Assembly (NCBI GenBank): GCA_903813345.2
Contig: CAIIXF020000001.1
Coordinates: 38,006,001 to 38,070,000 of the forward strand
DNA: 64,000 nt
Reading direction: 5' to 3'
Source of the DNA: Owenia fusiformis
Lineage: Eukaryota
Below the pieces are notes generated by a model. That model did no database searches. It saw only the letters and a list, made by a program, of their open reading frames with translations, and was not told where the DNA came from. How positions within the stretch are numbered: the first letter of the stretch is position 1; each line of letters begins with the position of its first letter. The position numbers and the translations under genes were made by a program. This document shows, one piece after another, positions 38,233 to 51,519 of the stretch.

Positions 38233-38493
38233 CAGTGGCGTAGCGTGGGTATTTTATGAGTGTACGCCACAAGTGAGCGAATCGAACGAGCTTTGAAAAA
38301 ATTAGATTGTTTTTGAAGCGTTCGGGGCGTTTTAAAATATGAAATTCCGACTACGAAAAATAATATGGATTAATAAAATGTTAGGCCATTACTTCAGAAT
38401 ATTAAACGTGGGTCATTTCAATATTAAAAATTCACTTTTCTCTAAATGAGAGTACGCTATGGCGTTTTATGCGTATATGACGCTACGACACTG
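38233..38493. mobile_element. hAT-like MITE
   Basis: cagtggcgtagcgt / acgctacgacactg termini; TSD degenerate. Confidence 0.65.
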
Positions 38494-39999
38494 ATATACA
38501 ACATGTTTTTAGACCTGTCAATATTATAGTCATACAAAGGAATTTTTGGTTGATTTTAAAAAAGTATTCAAAAAATTAAAACAAAATTCCCCCAAAATTT
38601 CAACCAAAATTTCCTTTGTACAATTACAATATTGAGAGACCTAAACATGTTGTGTTTATGTCATTTTGTTCCAATGAGGTTCGGAAAGATGTTTCATTTC
38701 ACTTTGGAAACGTGATACCAAGAACAAAACAGTGTTTGATGTTTTTTCTAAAGCAATATACTGTAGATGAAAGTAAATATTTATTTTTTAAATTATATTG
38801 TTACCATTCAAAAGATGACCATTAAATTGATGATGTGTTAAATTTTTAGATTTTTTTATGACTGGTTTAAGAAAAACCTGTGTTCAAAAAGTTCTCCATA
38901 TGGATACTATACCACACCTTTCCAAATTCAAAGTCTTTCGTTTTAAAGGTAAGTTTTTGTGAACGGTGTTCAGTGGTTGGTGTTCGGCATTTGGTTGTTG
39001 ATGGTTGGCATCTTTAACAAATGGCAGGTAGTGACATTCTGCATGTTAATGGCTTGCTTTATAATTAAAAAAAATCAGTCACTGATATTTTTTGTAGTTC
39101 CAATATAAAATAGAGGTCAAATTATTAAACTATTCAATGAAGAAAAATAGAAAAATTCGATCATTCAGTTTTGAATGTAATACACCCTCTTAATCCTCTC
39201 CCTAAAATATTTTCTAACATTATGCAAGTGGTGATTAAATGGTCAATGTTAACTTAGTGTGTAGGAAAATAATGTTAGAAGATTTAAGGTTTATTATGGT
39301 TCCATCTATTTATCATTCAATAGCTTAAATTGCATTTTTACCTGGAAACACGAAATAATGTGAACAATAAAGTGGATGTCATTTTATATTTTTAAAAATT
39401 CATGACATAACAAAAGTTTACAATCAAGCAAAATGTGAGTGTTTGCAATAACAATCAATACATTAAGGCCATTTCTGGATGCATTACTGGGTAGGTTATA
39501 ATTCATTCAATTTATTTAAATTATGTTTTTGGTCTAAAAAACTTTAAATTTTTAAAAAGTGAGATATCACAAATTTTTATGTCCTAAAGCTGAACACTTG
39601 TAAAATAATTAGCCATTAGCTAAAGCATGGAACCATCTTTTGACACATACAGTCTATATATTATTAAAACCTCAAATATACTATTCTATAACTCAATCTT
39701 TTCTGGACGGACAATGTGAAAAACATCAGATATTCATAAACTTTTTAAAAACTGGTAGAATAAGTGTAATTATCTAGATACAAGTAGTGTTTAGCAGAAA
39801 AACTTTCTTCACACATGGACAGTTTTTCACTGATTTCTTTAATCTTTTCAAGATATATTTTGACATGGAATGAATCTTATAATAAAATGTAAATAAAGAA
39901 AGCATAAAAAAGTCTGCAATAATGAAGATAGGAGGATACTGAATTGCTACACACTCTGGCATGTCTGGTGCAACAAAAGGTAGAGGCATCTCTTAGAGA

Positions 40000-42983
40000 T
40001 TATAGATGCAGTCCAAAGCTACAGCCTCTTGTTGGTTCAAGCTGTTGACAACATTGCCATACCCAATTTACAGCAACCAATTTACCCTGACTGTCATATT
40101 TCTCCATTCTCTCTTTCCCTTTAGGATGACACCTACATGCCTTTTTATGATTGTCCTTTTCATTGTAGAGTTTATGACACCTTAGACATGACTTCATATT
40201 CAAGCTTTGTAACTGGCTATTTTGTTTTATATGCGGTCTCCTTGGAGATTTAATATTATTTGGGTTAAACTCTGATGAAAGTAGGATGGGAAGCCGTTCA
40301 TTTCCTTCATAAAGTGGCTGTCCTTTTTTATCAACTTGGGATTCGTGGAGAGCTATGGTCTCATTTGGCCCAAGTGATTGAGATGAGCTAGATAGGTTGG
40401 TTAAAAATCTCAACGATTTACTAGGATTTAGTGTCGCCACAGGTTTATCCATAGACTTCAACTGCAGGCGATAGTTTGTATTGTTGTACATAGCTTTCTG
40501 TAGAGTGTCTTCCAAGTTCTCTATTTTTGTGCGCAGAGCTCCGATGAGGCTCTCATAACGTATTAACTTTGCCTTTGTTTTCTTGGATAGTGGATGTTTT
40601 GGTTGGTCATGGTTACTCTCCTCAGTAGAGGGAGGAATAATAAGGTTTTGTGCTACTGGGGCCACCCAGAATTCCCAGTCAGCCTTCTTAGACAGAACAA
40701 ACTCAATCTGAAACACATTTGAATTAATATGATATACATCTATTATCTATACAACACCCCGGAATAGCCTGACAATGGTAAAGTCAGATACCGTTGTCAC
40801 AAATGGCGGACATAACCGTCGCTTCAAATAGATTTTCATGAACTGTAAGTTTAATAGAGGACCTAGACTAAATTCCTTTGGAACAACAATAAATCAAAGT
40901 GTCTTAATACTCATTGTACAGTTAATAATGTTCTACCATCGAAATAAAGTCCATAATTTAACTGATCAAAATGAGATACATGTAGGGAACAACGGACACT
41001 GTAATTACCATATGCCGTTGGCTTTCTAAATTACTCATATTCAGATTCCGTTGTCATTGGCAATATTGAAGACACCATATTGTGGCGATTCAGGACCCAA
41101 TTTGATCGAAAATGGGATGGCATATGATACATTATCACAAGAGCTTAATGCATGCACAGAATTAGCGACGATAAAATCCCATGAAATGAGGACCAAGTGA
41201 TTAAACAGTTGAAGCGACGGTTATGCCCGCCATTTGTGACAATGAAATCTGACTTTACCGTAGTCAGGCTATTCCGGTGTGTACAAGTAGACTTTGGGGC
41301 TGATCTTGAAAGCATCATTAAAATCCCTGTATTTCAATTATCTTTCATGATGTTAACATGACAACTAACTTTATTATCAATGATTTCAAAGCCACGGTCA
41401 CTTGAATGCAGCTTATTTAACTTTTCGCAGTAGTCCAGCGGCAAAATGGAGGAACATTAGGTATATTATTTTAACATAATAAGACACCTGGATTTGTCTG
41501 TCTTCAGGAAAGAAGTTGAGAGCATGACCAAATGTACCTCTATTTTCGTTGCTGGACTGCGGTGAAAAGTGAGTCACCATCATGTGCCTGTGGCTTGAAA
41601 TCCTTGATCACCATGATTAAGTACAGATAATAACAGGTATGTCTTATGAGATTATACTATTTTTGGGGAAAAGTTCTCTGTATATTGAATTGATTTTATT
41701 GGTTTCACATTGCAGTAAGCTTATAAACTTTTTTTTTTATTATTGTCTTAACATAAAAAACAAACTGTTGAGTGAGAGAATGATACGGGAATTCATCAAT
41801 GTAACAATAAAATAAAGAATGTCATAAAATAATGTAATGAAATGTATGTGTTGTTTTATGGTTGGTTATTTTACAATTGTTCACCTTTTCTTGTAGTCCA
41901 TTAACCTGTGAAGCAATTTGTAGTAATCTGTTGTCTTGCTCCATGTAGCGTTGCTCTAAGCGGTTGAAGTAGTCTGAAAACTTGACTAGGTCTGCCTCTA
42001 TGGTTTTCTTTGTTGTATTTAATACAGTCAACATCACCTGGAAGATGTAAATATATATCATCCAGATCAAGATTTTTATGGGATACCTATATGGGTTGTA
42101 GGTAAACTATTTTTCTATTTATTTTTTGAAAAAGTTGCCATCTTTATGATGGATCATGGTAAAAATCATGTGCTCACTGTAATTGTTATTTTGGGAATGT
42201 TCATCGTATTGTTGCCATCTTTCTTTATGCAAACCAATAGAAATCACACTATAACTCACTTTTCTAATATTTTAGGTTCTATAGACATAAAAAACATTTG
42301 AAACTTACACTAATAAACATTAGTTCTAATAGTTTAGGTTCTTTCTTTTTGAAAACCATTTGCACTCTAAAAAAATCATATTTCACGTTCGATGGTTTTG
42401 TAAAAAACAAATTGAAATGTTTATACATTATCACACACTTAATCTTATATTTCAAGTTCTATATTAATGAAAACCATTTGCAACTATTGCTATAACTCAC
42501 TTTATCTAATATTCCAGGTTTAACTGCATTGTGCGGCAGTCCAAGTTGTTGTAAACATCTCTCACGTTCTTCCATTAGTTGACCCAGTGTACCTACCAGC
42601 TGGATGACTGCTTGTTCTACATATGCTAAACTAGACTCAAACCCTGCCCCCTCAAACCCATGTGATGCTCTCCGAATTTGCAGGATGGCAGGTTTGGTAA
42701 GTGTTGATTTAATTGAATTCAATCTGGAGTCTGCTTCAATTACAAGTTTACGCTGGTTTTCTATTTCATTCAGAGCAGCGGTAAGTTTTTCTGCCCAGCC
42801 ATTACGTTCTGTTTGAAGATGCTGACACACAAAGTGTTCCACGTGCGCTCGTTCCCTCACTAACATTGAGCTGTCTGTAGCATGTAGTAATCTTGTCACA
42901 AAATGAGTGACTTTCTGATTTATATCTGTATCCACATGTACCACAGGTGGAGGTTTGCCTTGCGGGGTCGTAGCGACACTCAT
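40000..42983 (-). CDS. Uncharacterised ~447-aa coiled-coil protein with a C-terminal Cys/His zinc-binding module
   Basis: Exons 42983-42501, 42037-41885 and 40707-40000 are all phase 0 with GT-AG sites. Helical heptad-like segments (LTAALNEIENQRKL; LRTKIENLEDTLQK). C-terminus is CLRCHKLYNEKDNHKKACRCHPKG...WVWQCCQQLEPTRGCSFGLHL. A probable 5'UTR exon ends at 43694 (AAAG|GTAAGT). Confidence 0.8.
40755..41279. mobile_element. MITE with ~70-bp TIRs in an intron of the zinc-module gene
   Basis: ccggaatagcctgac..ggtaaagtcagat..ttgtcacaaatggcgg.cataaccgtcgcttcaa is inverted at ~41209-41279. Confidence 0.85.
41376..41610. mobile_element. Small decayed palindromic MITE
   Basis: gatttcaaagccac..agtccagcggcaaaat..gagg versus cctc..attttcgttgctggact..gtggcttgaaatc. 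Confidence 0.55.
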
Positions 42984-43040
42984 ACCTTCTGAAACATGAT
43001 GAATTCAGAAAAAATGAAGAAATATAGAAATGTTTAACAG

Positions 43041-43440
43041 TTTTTTTGTCACGACCAAAAAGTGGTGACATATTGTTATGGTCACCGTTTTTTGTCTGCG
43101 TTTGGTGGTTGGTGGTTGGCGATTGGCAATCGGCGTCTGTAACAAATTCTTTCAACTTCCAATAACTTAATAAATACTAAATGACTGACTTCAATTTTTT
43201 CAAAATCTTCTACAAGTTTTCAGAAGTTCAAATCTACTCCATATTTAAGATTTGACCTTCAATGACCTTTTCAAGGTCACAAAAAGGTCAAAAAGGTATT
43301 TTTTCAACTTGCCTCAAATTGACCAATTTATTTTTTCAAAATTATCTACAGTTCTCAGAAGTTCAAATCTGACATAAGATTGAACTAATAATATTGTGAG
43401 CAACTAGGTAGTGACATTTTGTCATGTTAATGCCTTGTTT
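43041..43440. mobile_element. HINE/DINE-like element; related short copies at ~38870-39060 and ~46285-46400
   Basis: T-run start with a gtcac..gtgac hairpin, a (TGGT/TGGC)-like microsatellite, and the end aggtagtgacatt..catgttaatg.cttg.tt shared with the other copies. Confidence 0.6.
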
Positions 43441-44749
43441 TAAATCTGCAACTCCTTGTAATTTCGAAAAAACAAAATTTAAAAAATATTGTTATATCTC
43501 CTTTAATTGTCACATAATATTGAATCTCATACTAGTGTAAATTGATAGAGTCAAATCATCACAGTAATTTCGGTTAAAGGGTCCTTATTTTTCAAATAAA
43601 TCCCTTTAAATATATCTCTAAAAGTTGTAAAAATATAATCCAGTAAGAAATACAAATGATGACATAAATATATACTATACATGTGAAACTTACCTTTTGT
43701 TTGATATATGTGCTAGCTTCTTGTCTCCATGTGAGAAAGCTCCGTCCAAACACTTTGAAATAAATACTTCAATCTACTTGAACCTGAATATTCTCATATT
43801 TCCATATCTTGTATCAAAGCAAGTTGAAGTTTCTATGCAAGGTAGATTAGTGAAGGTTTAGAATAATAGCTGAACAGGATTGGCTTTCTATTTGAGTAGG
43901 ATTATTGGAGTGCTTGAAATGAAATGGAATTAATCCTGTTTGGAAGTGACCCGGGGTATTAAGACAAATCTAGTGAAAGGTATTCATATATTTTGTCTTC
44001 TATTTGTGTTTAAAGCACTATTATGTATGATATCCATTATAGAGATCATAATGGGTGCATGTATAACTCTGAAATAATGTTGTCCTCTGTCAGCCAGTAT
44101 AGCCATTCATCATATATTCAATAATGGAATATTGCTTTATAGCTGAATAAATAGATGTCTCCACTTGTTTTTTGTAATTATTTATTTTGGTTGGGCCAGA
44201 CTGCCATAAAAACTTGCAATAGTCACTTAATCTGCACATATAAGGGAAACTGAAATACAGATATTTATATATACAGAATAAAGTGTTAAAATGAAGTTGG
44301 CTATGGGGCTCCTAAATTATTATAGCAAATATATTTGATTGGAGCATGGTCACCTTATGTCATGCCCGGTTATCGGAGGAAATGAATGGTGGGGGAGTAG
44401 CCAATTTTCAACCAATTTGAAAGATCTTTATTTTTAAAATGAGAAATATGTGAGGTATATACTTTTAAGTGACGTTTTTTTCACAAAATTAATGTCATTT
44501 CTGGTTTTTTAAAATTAGCTTCCATACGTTAGATAAAAAATAATCAAAAATATTTAAATTTAATGGAGGGGAGGGAGTGAAAAATAGGAACTTGGAGTTA
44601 TTAGAAATAAAGTTGTTACATCTCTTATCATGTCTTAATGATAGCATGAGGCCGTAACATATTTAAGGCCTTAGAAGAAGGTAATCTGAGGGTATCTGAT
44701 GTATTTATAGTCCATGGCACAATAGTTTACATTTGTAATAAATCATTAA

Positions 44750-45260
44750 AGGACAACTGAAATAGCTTTTCTCAACTTGCAGCTACAAAAATGCGGTTTT
44801 CTCCATTCTAAGCCCAACGTAGAGTTCTTGCGATAGCCATTATAAAATGAATGTTAGATAACTGCTAACGGTCATAGATAACGAAATAAAACTAACTGAT
44901 CAATCAAATTGGCCCCCAAGCGATTAGTAACATCATATACAAAATATAGCTTTGGTTTATTGGTTCCTTAGTAATCACAACGTCACGGCAACCATGGGAT
45001 TGTTGTGTAAACAAATAACAAACATTTTGGCATTATGATGTCATGATCTAATGGACCAAAACGGGCCACGTGGGGGCCAATGAGAGATCACGTGGGGGAC
45101 AATAACGTCACAATCAATTCAAATATTGCTTATTAAGCAGCTAATAATGACCGTTAGAGTGAAATAATTTTCACACTTCTGATGAGAAAACATGTCCAAA
45201 TACATTTATCAAAAAATCATATTGATTCCTTTAGGTTAAAAATACCATTTCATATCTCCT
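44750..45260. mobile_element. TTAA-flanked non-autonomous element (Kolobok-like), copy 2, inverted
   Basis: TTAA|AGGACA...TCTCCT|TTAA; reverse complement of 28852-29357. Confidence 0.75.
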
Positions 45261-48008
45261 TTAATTCAGTTTTAACAGTTTTCTGGAAGGTTTCACGTTC
45301 ACAGTGACTCAACAATGTATGTATCATTTAAAATCAATATATTATAATGAAGTGTATTTTTAGAGCTGAAATCTCAAATGTCAAAATGAAAATGATTGAT
45401 TCTTTAACGAAATCACAATGATGCAACAGTGTATGTTTTAAAATCAATATTTTAGAATGAAGTGTATTTTTTAAATAAATAAGATTAGTGTCAGAATGAA
45501 ATGGATTACATGTATCACAATTTAAAAAATAAGAAATGTAGAAATGATTTACTTTTTATTTATGATTAATATCTAAATGTGCTGGGTTATGGGCTTACAT
45601 GGACAAACATGACAAAACATAAATTCCGACTTTCAGGGAGTGGAACCGTGTAGTTCTTTCGTGGAGTACACAGAAAATGCATTATAAAAATGGCCATCTT
45701 TAATTCAAAAATTAGGTAGGTGTAGTTTTATTTTGTTGTCCGTGAATTTACTTTTAATACTTCATTGCCTGCCAATAGGTTCATCACATTCCTAATACTT
45801 GGGAGAAACATTCAATTGTCACAAATTAATACTCTATTTAAAGATATGTCTTACATCTAGGATATATCTTGAAATAACCCCCAGGCTCACTCTCAAGCTC
45901 AAGTTATACTGGAACCAATTAGTCGAGGCATTGGATTTTTTGCCAGTTTCAACTATTATTCACCTTAACAGCTATATATCAAAGGATAAAAAGTGATGTA
46001 CTTAACAATGCTTACAATGAACACAATTATAAATAGATGAACCCTCAAAATGTGCAATTATGAAAGTAGAGGTCAAACACGTAATGTTTCCCTTATCAAT
46101 GCCCATCAAACTACAATATCAATAATGATGATAATTATACAAATTATTAAAACACCTAATATATAGGCAATCACACTTCTTTCGTGTGTATTGCCACTGG
46201 CAGTGATTCGGGTATGGTGTCTATATGTCAACAGTTCATTAAAATGAACTTAACCCCCTTTTCAATATTTCAAAATTTTTATATTCTGTGACGCCACCAC
46301 ACATCGCTTTTTATGGACAATGTTTGGCAGTTGGTGTTTGGTCAGGTCAGCATCTGTAAAAAATGACAGGTGGTGACAATTTACATGTTAAGGTTGACCT
46401 TGCGCAATTCAAATCCCATTGTACATTAGATCATTTTTGATTGTCTTTATGATTTAATTGTGCCTTTGAAATTGATTCTCCTAAATGGTCACCAAGATGC
46501 TTGAATTCGTGGAAATTCTGAAATGCAGGGTTATCCAGAAGTAATGTCTAAGGAATAGGTGATGAATTTCATGTCATTTTAGAATGCAAAGCTTTAAGTT
46601 ATATTAGAAAAAGGTACCTTCCTAAATGTTATTTGACAAATCCAAACACACAGAAGTTTGAGAAATTAATGAATTCAAACAAAAATATACTTATAAAACT
46701 TTGTAAATTTTTAATCGAGGCTGGGCAAAAAATGTGCATTTATAATGTTATCTTAATGTTTGTTACTGTATTAGTTAAGTTTATCTTTTGTACTCTTATA
46801 CCCTATAAAGGGTAAATTGAGAAATCAATAAATAAAAAAAATATATCAAAGATGTTGCCATTATTCAGTGCTATTCTACTATTTGATTGGTCAATTTCCT
46901 GATTTCTATGGTTACTTGATGTGAGGTCAACCGGGGCAAATTATTTGCTTTAGTAAAAAATTGAATGAAAAATGTAAAAAGAAAATATTATGATAATATT
47001 ATTTCATGGTATTGTGTCAAAGATTCAGAACATATAAAGGAAAAACATAGGAAAACGTAGCTTCACAAAATCAATATAGAAAATCTACATCATACTGCTT
47101 ATCCCTATATTTTATGCTGCATAAATCTCTTGATTTTTATGAAGCTAAGACCGCTGTATGGTTGCCGTAAGTCAGATGTGACTGAAGCATGATTAGTGAC
47201 GATGCAACTTGAATAAATACATTTTTTTAAACTTGAGAGTATCCACTAACAGCACATATACAATTATGGAAAAAAATCGTCCAAAAGTCTGCTACTGGAA
47301 GGCTAGCCATCTTGTTACAAAGACACAGTGTTCTGTATTGCATTGGGTCCTAGTGATACATTCTCCCATATACAATACTGTACAAATAGGGTCAATGTTA
47401 GGTTGAGCTACGTTGTTTAAAACAGCCAAATAACATGTTTCATTGCTATTTTAATTATTTTATCAGATAAATCGTAGTCATTTATTATAGTGCATTGATT
47501 TGCATTATTCATTCACAAGTGAACAAAATCACAATATTAAATGAATGAATCAAGTTTAGGTAGGAGGAGAAAGGGATGTAATGTTTAGTAATATTAACTT
47601 TTTGTTTCATCTTCATTTATAGTGATTATATTTGACTGTTCAATATAAAAAATAAGTTTAAATCAACCATTATGAAATATGTACTGTACACAGTATAAAT
47701 TATGAACATGTAAAAAGTGTAAAACTGATTTTGAGAAATGTAATTAATATATGTACACTTTGCATGTGGTTTTAACAATAGCCCTCTAGGGCACACAATT
47801 TAATTAAAATATTTGGTGATTAGTTTTTTTATATTAAGTAATTTTGAAAATGGGTTTCAGGTTAGTATTGCAATGAATTTGTACTGTCAACAAGTAAAGC
47901 TAACTTAGAAAATAGTGAAAAAGATACAGTTCATCATTGAAATTCAGACATAAATATTTGGATACCTAATAGGCCTCAATGCTAGTTATGTAATATATAT
48001 CATTCAAG

Positions 48009-51000
48009 ATGCTGGATATTGATGAACTGATTCAGGTGAGATGTTTAGAAATAAATCACATATCTGGATGTTCAGATTTTTATTTCCTTTTTTTAATTGA
48101 TACATTTTCTATATATTTCATTTCCCTCGAAATTTTAAATTCTATAGACATGTCCTTTAAATCCCATATTAATTTGTGAATCAGATGAAACAAAGATATA
48201 TTTTTAATTGAAATATAACCTTATGTATTTCAGACAGGTAAATATATAATATAAAGCATGAAGTAAGTTTTGCATAAGTTTCACTAAGTTTTGCATAAAA
48301 TTTATTCAAGGGACTTTCAAAATAGTTTTAAAAAATTGTACACTTTTTTATCATACAATTTTTATATAGATTCAAAAATAACAGTTTAATAAGATCTACT
48401 CACAGGAATCTGGAAATGGCTCAAACAGATAATCAGTTTTTCTATGATACAAAGTCCAATTCATGGATACTTTACGTTCATCTAGACAGGAACTTGAAAT
48501 TTTATCACTAATTGTCACAAGTTTCTTAATTAATCAAATCATAAGTGAAGAAAGAATCTAACTGTAAACCCATGTTTGTTAAGTTCACCAATGCACTGTA
48601 AAGTGTTTGTTTCCTGCTCTTTTAGCTATTTACACACATGATAACCAACGGCTGTCATACCTCTGACAGCCAATCATATTTCTACTTGCATTCTAGCTTG
48701 CTCTCACCCATGATTCTCTTTCAACCTCCCAGGAACAAGTAGGGGCTTTTAAGTATTGGTGTTTCTGCCCTTTTTGTAAGTGTCACATGAATATAGCCAA
48801 TGTTTTAAGGGTAAATAATTTAGATTAAAATTAACAACATTATTGGAGCATGTCTCCCATTATTGAAAATTTGTCAAAAATAAACAAATTTATTTTTTGA
48901 TATTTTTAAAGAAAAATTGGAATATTTCAAATGAGTTGAAGCATTTTACCAAAGAACAGCTTTTCACACTTCACGTTTATGGATAGTTCAGTTGAGAAAA
49001 CTGGGATTTCTCTGATATTTCCTTCATCAATTAATATATATGAGTTTGAATCATTGCTTTTTTACAGGAGCTGTGTTCCTGTGCAGATCAGATAGAGTTC
49101 CATAGTCTGTCAAGCCAGACACAAGGGACCGAAGGATATGAAGAGAATACGGGACTAACTGATGGGAGTGCGGATGATACAGTACAAGTAGTTCCAACTG
49201 ACTGCATACGAACAATAGTGGATGCACATATCAAAGATGCAGAGGACATTGTCGAAGATATAAACACTAAGGAACATCAAAGTAACATTGAAGATCTTGA
49301 AAATGTCATTGATTTCTCATCTGCTTTCTCAGATGATGATGACTGGCAAGTCAATGTGAAGACTCCAAAGACTTCAATCAATTCTGATTACAGCTCTGTA
49401 TTTTTTAAAACTAACAATTCTCCAATTGTTCCGTCTGAGAGAATTAACCATGACGATACAATCAACGATACTGTAGATGAGGACTACAGTGGAATATTTG
49501 ACTTCTCGACCCCGACACATGATATAATCAATTACACCACTACTATTGAAGATTTTGTAAATATTGAAAACTCCAAGAGTACAAATATAAAATATTCTGT
49601 TGGTGACAGGAACACTAGTAATACTATCATTGACTTTGCAAGAATTCCAGAAATAGAGATTAAGCAGGAAATTACAAATGATTCTCTACAAGAAGATGAC
49701 AATATTGAAGTTGGTAGGGATAGTGAAATAATCGACTCTTCACATGACGAAGACACTGTTGTTCCTGATACCGATAGCCAAGATACAGGAAAGATACTGG
49801 AAGCAATATTGTCTGATATAAAACAAACTGTGGATGGTGCTGATGTTGATGCAACAGATGTAGACTATCCAAAATCTGGAGGTAAGAATTTTGAAATCTA
49901 TTTTTATATTTGGCTATTAACACATGTTTCATTAAGGCATTGCAAAATATTGTTTTATATTTTTAAATCTTAATATTAAATTCTTATTTTCAGAAAAGCC
50001 AGTTCCAATTAAATCTGAAATGAAAGTTGAGTATTACCATAGTCCCATCCATAACACTATCTCACCATCCCCCAGTCCAATATCTAGTTTATATTCCACC
50101 CCCATCTCTTGTTTACAACCCTCTTCCAGCTCTAGTTTACATACCATCCCCAGCTCTAGTTTACACCCCACCCCCAACTCTAGTTTACACCCCACCCCCA
50201 ACTCTAGTTTACACCCCACCCCCAGCTCTAGTTTACACCCCACTCCCAGCTCTAGTTTACACCCCACCCCCAGCTCTAGTTTACACCCCACCCCAAGCTC
50301 CAGTCCCCAGCCAGACCCCCGCTCGAGTCTACCCAACAGGCCAACAATGGAGGATGCTTGCTGTTTCTACGAGACCACAAACTATGAAGCCAAATGTAGA
50401 GACCCTCATGCCTATCTATCCAGGCTCAGGTAAAATCCCCATGCTCAATTTTCATTATTTTAAACATATTGTACATAATTAAAGATGTCATGTTAAAATG
50501 ATGTATGTCATGTTAACAGATTGAGAGGAAATATGCATGAAACACATAGCACACAATATAAAACTTCATAGAAATTATATGAGTTCTCACACATTTAGTA
50601 AGAAAAGTAATAAAAAAGTAGAGCAACATTCTAATAGCAATTGTGGCCACAAAGTGTGCCATGCCATCATAAAACAACAGACCTAGGGAATAATTGAAGA
50701 AATTCAATAGATGTCAACTGTGCATATTAGTAATCATGGCCTGCTATTAATATTCATGGTGCTATTAATTGAAATAATGAAATGTCTTCCCTGGCTTCAT
50801 AAACGCCAGAACACTATGTCAAGTAAGAGGCTTCCTCTAGTAACTTGATCATTTACAGTTCAAAACAACTGGTATCTATGTACGATTTTTTAATTAAAAA
50901 GAGCATAGTATGACACTTGAAGAAAACTTGCATTAAGGTAAAGTATTGTTTAGTTTATTCTCATGATTTTTATTATATTTTTATTACTTTTGTTACAAAC

Positions 51001-51519
51001 ATTTTTTCAAAGTTTGTAAAGTCATGACATAAAAATTTATATATTTCTTATAATAGAGCCTATGTTTATATTATATTTACATTTATGTTAACACATTAAT
51101 GTTTACTTCCATTTAAATTATAAATATATAGTAAATATATAAGTTTATTAATTCATGAATTTATGGCTATATCATATGTGAATGTTAATAGTAACCTGCT
51201 TCAATGTAAAATATAAACTATTTAAATGACACTGCTTACTTTATTTGCAGCTTACTAGTGCATCAGAACAGCAGTAAATATTTCCCATTGAAAGCATCTA
51301 AAAAGTCGGCACAACAATTTGAGAACCTGGAATCTAGAAACATGTCTTCTCCAGCCCTCGCAACTCCATATATGGGCTCGTCACAGTTTGGAAATGACCC
51401 AGAAAGCCAGATGTATCAGGAAAGGCCTTACGATTTAACGATGCATACCAATGCCCCTTACATCCCAGCCCCTCCCATTATCAAATCTGAACCCAGAGAT
51501 CTGAGCTACGAACAGAACG
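48009..51519 (+). CDS. 5' part of a probable transcriptional regulator (acidic N-terminus, S/P/H repeat, SUMO and CtBP-binding motifs); 3' exons not found in the window
   Basis: Exons 48009-48035 (MLDIDELIQ|gtgaga, tentative), 49068-49881, 49994-50429 and 51251-51519 join in phases 0/1/2 with canonical sites and no stops. Motifs IKQE, IKSE, MKVE, IKSEP, PYDLT, PRDLS. Ends at donor ACG|GTAAGT. Confidence 0.72.
50066..50330 (+). repeat. Coding 24-bp minisatellite (SLHPTPSS)n
   Basis: ctctagtttacaccccacccccag repeated about 9-10 times, in frame with the spliced exon. Confidence 0.9.

Noticed and set aside
48406..48510. Alternative first coding exon MAQTDNQFFY...
   Set aside because: It has an acceptor and ATG but no convincing donor before the stop.
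50027..50482. Extensin-like (LVYTPPPA)n ORF and antisense (VGCKLELG)n ORF
   Set aside because: Alternative frames of the coding minisatellite; they do not fit the flanking splice phases.
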